Assembly (NCBI RefSeq): GCF_036321535.1
Contig: NC_087436.1
Location: forward strand, 24,988,001-25,052,000
Reading direction: 5' to 3'
From: Camelus dromedarius
Taxonomy: Eukaryota
DNA: 64,000 bases
The notes under the pieces: generated by a model
What the model saw: only the letters and a program-made list of their open reading frames with translations
Database searches by the model: none
What the model was told of the DNA's origin: nothing
In this document: piece by piece, positions 50,320 to 61,074 of the stretch
Layout of the letters: every line of letters starts with the position of its first letter
Position numbering within the stretch: the stretch's first letter is position 1
Program-made: the position numbers and the translations under genes

Positions 50320-51130
50320 ACAGGTGAAATAAATGCTGTAACCAAAATGTGCATTGTGCTAGGACAGCATGTAACAGGAAGACCTGATCAGCCAGGGAGT
50401 ACAAGGGAGTGAGGGGAGGGGCAGGGTTATTGAAGCTTCTCTGGAGAAGTGATACTCAAACTGAGACGGAAATGAGTAGAAGAGAGGTGGTAGATTAGTG
50501 AATGTTGGGGCCTGGGTGGGGATGAGGCTTTCAGTAAAGCAAACAACGTGTTTGGTGGCAGGAAATTACTTAATTCTTCAGAAGAACCAAAAAGTGATTA
50601 AGAAAGGAGACTGTGTGAAATGGGATGGAAAAATAAGCAGGGGTCATATCATAAAAGGCCTTGTCAGTAAAAAGAGGGAGTTTGAATTTTTTTGTAAAAG
50701 GAATAGAAGGCCCTCCTCTTAGGGTAGGATATGTTTTAAAGATCACCCTGATGGAAAGAGGGAAGACTGGAAACGGTAGTCCAGGTAGGAGGCTTTAGCA
50801 ACAGTTCTAGAGAGAGTTGGTGGGAGCTTGGGTCAAACCTGGGACAGAGAGAATGGAGAGAAGGGGGTAGATTCAAGATATATTGATGAGGAAGAACATG
50901 ATGACTCTGAAGTCATGGGTGAGAGAGAGGGAGCTGTCCTTCAAGATTTATAGGACATGTGGCTAGGTGGACAGTGTTACCATTTACTGAAAGGGAAATG
51001 GTAGAAGAAAAGCATGTTTTTGAGTTTAGCTCAGGCCATGTTGAGTTTTAGTTGCCTGAAGTGGGCACAGGAGGAAATCAGTTGGATATTCAATGTAGAG
51101 CTGAGGCAATAGGTCTGCATAGGACACAGA
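50320..51130 (-). mobile_element. L2 relic
   Basis: Purine-rich L2 motifs (ataaaaggccttgtc, tttaaagatcaccctg, ttgagtttagctcaggccatgttgagttt). Confidence 0.6.
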
Positions 51131-54100
51131 ACTTGATCTACTTTTGTTCTTATTTTTCCTTAATTCAGATCAGTTTCAACATGTCTTTGCATACCCTAAA
51201 CAAACAAAGCCCCACAACTACCCCCATACAAATTCATCTCCAAAAACATTGATGAATAATGTGGATTTATTAACAAGGTTTTGGGAGAGACAATAAAAGG
51301 CATATATCACACATCACATAGCAAAACTTCTCACATAGTTCCTTTTAAATACATCAGCTCTTTCCCAAAGACTCTTACTCAACAGTAGCTGCCTCATCTC
51401 TTTACCCTGTCTTTCTACAACCTTTATCTTCGCCCTTACCACTGCCCCTGCGCCCATCTTCCACAACAGATTCTTTATTTCTGAGTGTAAGTGTAGCGTT
51501 CCCTGTCTTCTCTCATTCATAAGGTCACCTGTCAGTCCTCGCTGCAAAGCAAAGATCTATTTCAGAAGCTACCTGCCAAAGATGGTGAGAGTGGGAGGGA
51601 GAGGGTGGATTGTAAATAATAGAATTTTTCCTAAAAAATAAACATTTTCCTAATGTAGTCTTGATAATTTAAGCCAAAGAGTTGAGTGCTAACATTGGAA
51701 AATTCAGTATTGGGGACAGAGATAGTAAATGAGAGATTGTCTAGTAACTTGAGAGGTAGGAGGAAAAACAAGAGACTAAAGTGTTCATAAACCAAGAGGA
51801 CAGATGTTTAACAAGAATGTAACAGTCAGTTGATCAAATTTGTTGAGAAGTCACTTGCATATTTAAAAACCGTGCATGAATAATTTTTCTTTAAAATAAT
51901 CTGTATATACTTTCAGCAAGTGGGAAAATTGGTAGCACCTTGTTTGTACTCTGCATGGCAACATCATTTTCACTATTTCATTTTTCATCTGTAGAAGAGG
52001 AATTGGTAATCTGAATAGGTAATCCTAGTTCTGTATTTCCTAGTAATCTTGAGATCAAGGGAATTAGCTAGACTGAACTGTGCTGCCCAGCCAGGCATGT
52101 GTACTTTGTCCCTGTCGAATAACCAGGACCATGCCATGAATCACAAGGCTGCCCATGTAAGGAGCTCGGCAGACTAGATAGACCCTCCTTCTTTTTGAGC
52201 TCTTGGACCAAAGTCAGTAAGTGGGGTTTGAGTCTCATGCCTGAAAGAATAAGATGATCGAAGGTGATGGTGACAGAGACAGTTGCATCATCAAGTAGGT
52301 GCCTAAAGGGACATCGCAGCAGGTACTCAGGACTTTGAGTGAAAAACCATGAATGTAGCCAACCAGGCATGGAGAAAACCCACACTGGTCCGGAAATCTG
52401 GACTGCATCAGTAGTGCACTGAGGGTGTGGTATGGCAGCAGCCAGCCCTGTGGCCCTGTCACAGGACAGATCACTGTGATTTTGCACCCACAGATGAGGT
52501 GGGTTCTGTGATGTTACCTTTGGTGGAAGGCAGTCTGTAGGCTGCAGAGTTGAGAGACGTGGAGTTTGTCTCTCCTGAAGAAGCAGCCTGTTTTAGGAGG
52601 TGACTCATCTTCCCTCTTCTCTGTATGCACTTGGAATCGGCAGGGAAAGTAAAATATTCCAGTGTGTCTTGTTGCCTTAAAAAAATTGAGAGGTGGACCA
52701 AAAACAAGACTGAATAACTGAATAGAAAAATAGATAAATTAGGTAGGTCTTTAGTGAATGGCAGGGGGATTGATGTCTTGGAGGGGAAAGAAATGATTTT
52801 GAATGGAAAAGCAAGTTTGATACAACTCTTTCAAACTTTTTTAGGCTCTGGAAAGGGAAGAAATGGACGATTGATTACCCCTTGTATTAAAATTAGCATC
52901 TGTCATGTTGTTTTGGTTTGCTTTCCTTAAGCAATTAATTCAGTAAAACTGGCTTCCCCAACATCTTTCTTCTCACACTCATTTATCCAAGAGGGGAACA
53001 CTGATGGATGGAATTATATCCTTTATCTTGGTGTGTCTTCGAGAACACAATGGATTGTCTTTTGCCTTTCTCATTCCACCTCTGAATCTTATCACTGAAA
53101 ATTTATGGCAGTTGGAACAGAAGAAAGAATATAACCCAAAGGGACTAGAGTGATGACTTGGGACAGGCTCAGGAATAGGGATGTTTGACCTTCGGAGTTT
53201 GACCTTGCACCACAATTTTGATCAACTCTGATCCAGCTTTTGGAAAAAAACTAGAAACAATAAAAGATAACCCCCTACTCACCCTCAAAGAGCTGCTAAC
53301 AATCTTCCCTCCAAACAGCAGTTCAGTCAATGTGGCTAGCGTCTGCTTTGCTACACCTTTTGAGCTTGGTAGGATGATTAAACGTTTTCATTCCTTTTCT
53401 GCTGAATGTTTAAATTCATAGCCTGTTCCCAAACGTTTCCTCTTAGCTCAGTGCTGGTCTGCTCAGGATTCAAGCTCAAAATTGTAATTTGAGGATTAGG
53501 AGAATGAAGCTGGTCAATGTTATTTTTCAGATGCTTCTGGGCTTTCTTCAAATCTTACTTGGTGATTCTTAGCCAGGGCCAAGGAAAGGAGGGAGCTAGC
53601 TGGCTGTTGGAGTGAAACAAAGAAAGGAGTTAAACTGAGAAGAATGGAAGAATCCGTGTAGTTGTAGTTCGTCCTTTCACTGCTGTTGTTTGCCCTTTGA
53701 AAGGATGGTTGTGTAAATCAAGTTTCTTTTTACCCATAAAATTATGATGGCTTGCCACATGTTCCAAATCATGCTTTATCATGATAAAGAAACAGGTAGC
53801 TTCAAATGAAAGCATCTGATGATTTATCAGGCATTTGGCAGTTGATCAGCCCCATTGTGAAAGGACAGTAATATCCTTGCTTTGCGGAGGCTGTTTAAAG
53901 AATGTGAAATGTGGATCATGGCACTGAGGCAGTTGACAGTAAATCAGATTTGATTTCCCCTCTGAGAGCACAAAATGAACCTTGTCGTTATCAGGAAGAG
54001 AAATGAAATCTTTAAATATTTCTCAATGTTTTATCATCTCTGCCTGTCAGAGTAATTTAACATAAAATTTCCCCAAAGTAAGAAGTGCAGGTATTACTTC

Positions 54101-56376
54101 ATTTCATTTCAAAGATAAACTTCACGCTTTTTCCCTATAAATTACCTGAAAAGCCCCCAATTTGCAATTGTGGAGGTAGCTTAAGATCAGTGGTGTTTTA
54201 AAATAAAATATTATTAATTTAAAAATGTACTTTGTGTTTTGTCCCCTGCCAATAGCTCACAGTCCCTGAACACAATGATATCTTAGTGTTTATGGGAAAA
54301 TCTCAGAAGGGCTAAGAGAAGTTGCTTATAAATGGTTTGAGTCAATTGTGTTGCCAAAATATTTTGTTTATTGAACTTTTGACTGCATATTTCTTACATG
54401 ACCTGTGGTTACCTATTTTCATGTTTTCAACTCCTGTTTGCTTTTTATCTTTTCTTCCATTCTACTTAATGATAAGACTTTGCAGACATTTGCAAAATTT
54501 CTATTACCCCCAAGATTTAAAATGCCATTTTAAACAAACAAACAAAAAAACCCTTTGAAAAAGTAATATATGTGCTTATGAATAATGCATGCTCACTCTT
54601 GAAAAAAATAAAGATATCAACAACAACAAAAATTCTGTGACCCAGAGACAGCTACTGGTAACATCCTTGTGTGTCCCTGAGGACTTCATTTGTGAGTATT
54701 TTTAATTGAACATTGGATCAGTCATTCTCAATTTCAGAGTACTGAAGAGTGATGCCTTGCAAATTTCCATTCTTTGGTCTCAGGATTCAAAACTCAATTC
54801 AAAAGAGTTTATTTTCAAGCTCTCAGTATTTTATTACAGAAAGGATATCCAGTTTTCTTCCATTTTCACTTAAAAAAAATAAGAAGGATTAACTGCAAAG
54901 TGCAGCATAAGGTATTTGGGTTATGTCTGAAGAAAAATTTCTTGGTATTTTAACTAGTTACTGGGACAGATGCCTTATTGATCTCTAATACTTTGCCACT
55001 TGTGGCAGAATGCTGGGCAACAATGATTCTGTTTGTTGACTGGCTGAATAACTTCACTGAATAATAAGCAGCAAAAGATTCTTCCTAAATCCCTACTTAG
55101 TGCAGTTTCTAGGGTCAAGCAACAAACTTTTCAGTGGATCCCAACCCAAGACAAAGCTGTAGACGAAGAAAGAATTACAGATAACAAAATAGTAAATTCT
55201 AAGAAAGAGTAAAATGAATTGCTTTATTGCTGCCCCATATTAATCTATCTCCCATATACTCTGTTTGGGTGGAAGTAGATGTTGGAATCACTATAGAAAG
55301 TTTCTGAATTCAGGTTGACTGAGATATTCTAGAGCATCACATGCATTACCATTTTCACCCTCACAGTAATCTAATAAATTAGGTGCTGGTATGATATTGG
55401 CATTACAGATTTAATAATGGAGTGAGATTTGTTCAGTTGGTATTTAGTCAGCATGGACTATATGCCAGGCATTGTGCTACTTATTGGAATTCAGCAGTGA
55501 ATCCATAGACAAAACCCCAGCCATCCTGGACCTTATAGTCTAGATTCTAATGGGGGAGAAAGATAGTAAATAATATGAACAAATAAGTGATATTGAATGT
55601 AAGAAGGTGGTATTCTGGTAAAAAATAAAGAGGGGAGGGAGATAGACGGTGTTCTACTACAATATTTGACTAGAATCAAAGCTAGCAGTTCTGTCTTCAA
55701 ACCCTGTGCTACTTTGATTACAGTAAGATACCGAGAACTGCGATTGTTGCTTGAGGAGATTTTCTGAGATAAATTCATGAGAAAGGATCATTTCTGTGGT
55801 TCGTTAATGATTCTCCAAGTGAGCATTAAAGATTGAGCAACTATAATGGAGAGAAAAAAGTTGGGGTATCATTGCAGCTAAGAAATTTAAAGAGGTTTAA
55901 TTTGCGGGCAAATAAAAGCACTGTTATTTGACCTCTGTTGAAAGTCAAAAGCTGGAGTCTGTTGGCTTTGGATTCTTATTTACTTCTAGCACTGTGTCAA
56001 CACGCCTGTGGAGTATTCAAAACACCCCCAAACCAGCAGGTGTTTTAGATGTATTTATTTTGCCAAAAAGTCAACATGTGTTATTTTTCATCTTGTGAAT
56101 GCATAGCCCCACTTCCTGCACTCTGCCCTAGTTTTTCCCTGTCTTCTGTCCTTCCCTTCTAATTTAGCCAGGCTCAGAGGAAATGTCCTTCTAGAGAATG
56201 TGACTAATGTAGAGTGTGTGGGACATTGAATGGATACCAGTGAGATTGTTAAATTTTTTACCTATGAAAATTGATACCATTTTTAAAAAGTATAATAGAA
56301 ATATTAGAGTGAAAAAGGAATATTATAGTACTAATCAGAAGATCAGAAGATGAACCTATCTGAAATGGTTAGTCTC

Positions 56377-56830
56377 TAAGTGTTTGAGTCAGAGTTCATC
56401 CAGAGAAGTTGAGTCAGTAGGATGGATGGATGGATGGAGAGGTAAGTAGGTAGGTAGATAGATGGGAGGGAGGGTGGGGGGAGCCAGGAATATTTATTGC
56501 AAATAATTGCCTTACTCATTTGTAAGAGCTGGTCAAGCAAAATCCATCAGGTAGGTAATCAGAAAGGGAAGATTGTGCGCAGGCTTGAACATACTGGCAT
56601 GAGTGGTAGTTGTCCACAGGCAGAATTTCTTCTCTTTTAGTGATACTTCATCCCCACTTTTAAATTCCTCCAAATGATTCAGTCAGGCCTATCCAGATTA
56701 TCTAGGACAGTCTACCTTAAAGTCACCTGATTAGAGGCTTTAAGTACATCTACAAGGTCCCTTCACAGCAACACACGATGTAGTGTTTGATTAAATAACT
56801 GTGGATTAGAGCCAAGCTAGGATGACACAT
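56377..56830 (-). mobile_element. ERVL LTR (MLT2-like) containing a GGAT/GGTA microsatellite
   Basis: gagtcagagttcatccagagaa...tatttattgcaaataattg...ccttcacagcaacac...gtgtttgattaaataact...gatgacacat. Confidence 0.65.
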
Positions 56831-57354
56831 GAGGGAAAAAATAGGCAATTCATTTTTTATAATTTTGTAAATTTGTTTTCTGGGAATCTTTATTGGGATG
56901 TGAATAGCAAACTCCTGAAATCATTTAAAACTTTTAACTTTAGAAAAAAACTTCTTGCTTCAATGTGAAAAGTATGCTTTTGTCTTTTCAGCTGCCTATA
57001 TGTGTCAAGACCAGAAGAAATTTATTTTCAAATGTGATGATAAATCAGTCAGTCCAGTATCTCTGCTTGATAGATTTAGAGCACCAGTGTCTTTTGAACT
57101 CATTTCATATTAAAACAAAGCAAAACCAAAAACCAATTACCTGCTAGTCCCATGCAGTGTTTGTTGCCCACTGAACAGCAAATGCTGCGTTCCTTCCTTG
57201 AGTGTTTGTCTCTTTTTTTTGGGTGGGGGATGCAGGTATATGGACACGGTGTGCAGCCCCAGGGGTGAATCATGATCAGTCAAAACCAGTCATGGAGATC
57301 TTATTGCTAGCAGTTGGTCCAGGGCTGGGTATATGACCCATATCTGGCCAAGAC

Positions 57355-57865
57355 TGGAATAGGGAAGAACATATCTGACTCCATATTATGTCTGTTCCTT
57401 TAGCTTTAACTCTGTACGCTGTTGTCTTTGCCTAGTCATGCTGATTCTGTGCCTTTTGTAAAAGAATGTTGCCTAGAGCCTGAAATATGTGGGTAGCCGA
57501 TTCTCAAGGTTCTGATCTTTAAGGGTGTAGTACTTTTTCATTCATATAGAGATTAAAAGTTGCAGAACAGAGAATAACATTTATCTTATTGGAGGTTTAT
57601 AGGAACATCATGACTAGGTGGACAGCTGCAAGAACAAAAGATTGGGACACCGAGAAGTTTGCAACAACTAACCATACCCTCTCCCCTTTTTAGTATAAAA
57701 GGAGCCTGAATTTTGACGTGGGGAAGATGGTTCTCTAGGACATAAACTCTCCCATCTTCTCAGTCTGCTGGCTTTTGGAATAAAGTCATTCCTTACCCCA
57801 ACACCTCATCTCCTGATTTATTCGCCTGCCATGCAGTGAGCAGAGTGAGTTTGGACTTGGTGACT
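57355..57865 (+). mobile_element. ERV1-class solo LTR, same family as 10140-10653
   Basis: tggaatagggaagaacatatctgactc ... TATAAAA (~57694) ... AATAAA (~57779) ... tttggacttggtgac; flanks agac/agaa. Confidence 0.8.
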
Positions 57866-57884
57866 AGAAGATGTAATGTGGAAA

Positions 57885-59405
57885 TCTCGTAATCCTAAAC
57901 ATCCACGAGTCCATACTGACATAAATAAATGTGGAGAATAGACAAATTTCTCCTGTCGAACAATTCCAAATAATGTATATAGCTACTCTGCCATTAAGGA
58001 AGGAGAGTGTAACGTCCTCTCCTCAAGAATGGACTGTGCACAGTACCTTCCTTCCAAAGAGTAGACTGTGGACAGAGGGGAAAAGGATAATTTTTTAGGA
58101 AAAAACTCGTTGTTGCTCTAACAAATTACTACAACTTTAGTGGAATAAAACAATAAAACTTGATAATCTCACAGTTCTGTGGATTAGAAGTCTAACACTG
58201 AGCTAAAATCAAGGTATGGTCAGGCTGAGGAGCAGGGCTGCATTGCTTTCTGGAGGCTCTAGTGGGGAGCATCTCTTTCCTTGCCTTTTTCAGTTTCCCA
58301 AGTCTGCCTATATTTCTGGGATCATGACCCCCTTCCTCTGTCTTCAAAGCCAGCAACCGCCTGTCCAGTTCTTTTCATAAGACATTATTCTGAGCTGCTT
58401 TCTTATCACATCTCTTTCTCTGACTCTCTCCTGCCTTTTGATTATCATGGGCCCACCTAGGTCATTCAGGAAAACCTCCTTAGCCAAAGGTCAGATGATG
58501 TGAAATCTTAATTCCATTGGCAAACTTAATTCTCCTTTGTTATGTAACTGAAGATATTCACAGGTCCAGGGTTTAGGACATAGATATATCTGGGGTAAGT
58601 ATTCAGGCCACCACATCTGACAAACACTGCCTAAGCCAGGTGACCCAGGAACACAGCAACAGGGACAAGTCATGTTGATAGCACATGTACTTGAGATGTG
58701 ATGAGATGTTGCTTTATCTGAGTGATCTTCTTCCCCTAAACCCATAACCCCAGTCTAATCGTGAGAAAAACATCAGACAATCCCAGTGGAGGAACATTCT
58801 ATAAAATACCTGAACAGTACTCTTCAAAATTATCAGAGGTCATTGTGGCAGGAATGTGGGCAGCCTATAGAAAGTGGACAAGGTAAGGAAACAGATTGTC
58901 CGCTATATCCTCCAGAGAGGAACAAACCCTCCTGACATCTTGATTTTAGGCCATTGAGACATGGATTGGATGGATGACCTATAAAATTGGGAGATAATCA
59001 GTTTATATTGTTTTAAACCACTAAGCTTATAGTAGTATTTTATTACAGCAATATAAAACTAATATAGTCATCCAAAGTAAGAAAAGTCTGATATGCCGTC
59101 ACAGCTAGGAGTAATCTAAGGAGACAACAACTAACTGTAATGTGGTATCTTAGATGGGCTCCAGGAACAGAAAAAAGGACATTAAGTAAAACCAGAGAAA
59201 CCTGAATACAGTGTGTGCTTTAGTTAATAACATATCACTATTAGTTCATTAATTGTGACCAATGTACCATATTGGCGTATCATATTATTAATGTTAATAA
59301 TAAGAGGAATGGTGTGCGGTACATGGGAATACTCTACCATCTTTGCAGTTTTTCTGTAAATCCAAATCTATTCTAAAAGAAATGCTTATTCAACAAAAAA
59401 GAAAA
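57885..59405 (+). mobile_element. Old L1 (L1MC/MD-like) 3' end interrupted by two MLT1 LTRs (~58105-58615 minus; ~58843-59065 plus)
   Basis: L1 motifs ccataaccccagtctaatc-tgagaaaaacatcagaca and ctaactgtaatgtggtatcttagatgg, A-rich end at ~59395; MLT1 motifs inside. Confidence 0.7.
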
Positions 59406-61074
59406 TAAGAAGGAAATGTCAATTTAATATGGTGCTCCAATGTTCGTAGGTGGAAATATCCTCATGGATTCTTTCGAAAACTGCTTATTATCTACAATGT
59501 GTGGGAGTACTGTAGAGGATATAGAAATGAATCTGTAAGGACCCTGTTCTCTAGGACCTCAGGTTCCACTTGGGAAGGCGTGTGAGTTGCTATAATTCAG
59601 GGGAAAAGCATTAAGTGCATACAAGCCACAGGCGGAAGTTCAAAGGACGTTTGGATAAGAAAAAATTTACTTCCACTGGGGGCTGGGAGTGGGAGGTCAC
59701 AAAGGACCTTGTGAAGGAGGTAGCATTTGCATTCTGCCTTAAAGAATAAGCAGGGTTTGTGTATACGCACTTGAAAACGAAGGGGAGGACTGACAAGTCA
59801 AATGCATTAGAACAAAGGTCTAAAAAAAGAGGGTGTTAGCAGAAGGATGTAGAATTTAAGCCCCTCAGAGACTAGAATTATGTCTGTCTTGTCCATCATT
59901 GAATCCTTATTGCTGCCAACAAAACACAGCAGTGGTTCCACAAATATCTGTTAAGTGGAAGGAGAATAGGACATAAGTTGTGGTGAAGTCACATGCCAAA
60001 TTAATGAAATGAGCCACTTAAAGTTTTGAGAAGAACATGATCTGAGCTGTACTGTAGAAAGATTAATTTGGGGAAGAAAAGCAGCAATTTAGATTGAAAA
60101 ATGCAGATTAGATAGAAAAGGAGAGGAGGGAAAGTATTAAACTTGTACAGGCAAGAAATTACAGTAATATTAATCTTACTTGCTAACATATAATCACTGG
60201 TCTCTGTTAAAAATTAATTTGATTTTTATTTATATTGAATTAACACATATTTTAAGAAGTCAGAGATTTATAATGAAAAATAACAGACTTTTGCTCAAGA
60301 CAAACAAGCCCAGGTTTCTGTCTCTGAGGTAACAGCCGCACCTCTTTTATCTGTTTCTTCTGTCTCCTTATTTCTAAAGTTCAAATGCATATGGCTAGTT
60401 CTTGATTTCAAATTTTAGAGAGTATTGTTTGACTCTCTGTGCTGGAAAATAAGTATTTTACTTTCTCACATCAACCCATAATCCCACTGGGATTCACTCG
60501 TATAATCCCTTTCCCTCATTATTCTCATAAGTGTATATTAACCATATATTGAATTTCTATTCAGTAATATGTTAATCATATATTAAACTGATACTTGACG
60601 CTTTTATTTTATGATCTATAAATATTATGCATGGCAAAGCCATGTGGACAACTACAATTATTACATTTCCCTTCATAAACAAATTTTTGTTTTTATTGAA
60701 GGTAATAATTCCCTTGTTTTTTGTTTAGTTTTCTATGGCTCTTTCAACCTGGTCAAGCATACCAGGAAATCAAACAATGTTTCAGTAGATTAGTCGTATT
60801 GGTAACATACAGTGGGACAGTCATACTTCTGCACCAGTTCGGACTGGGTACTTTCTAAGATTGTTCTCAGGATAATATGTTATTCCAAGACGTGGAATCT
60901 TTCAAATTCCAGCTGCCTTTTTTCCTATTGACTCTACTTCTTTGATTTCATGGTTTTGCCTTTACTCCCTGGTTTTCTTGAATTACGTCCTCCAGTAAAT
61001 TTCTCTGATGCCTGGGAGGTAATATTTTTGAAATACTACATGTTTATATACAATTGTTAAAATTGGTACATTAG

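Noticed and set aside
52068..52707. 139-aa minus-strand ORF cluster
   Set aside because: Non-ATG starts; the region looks like a decayed LTR-type repeat that could not be named with confidence.
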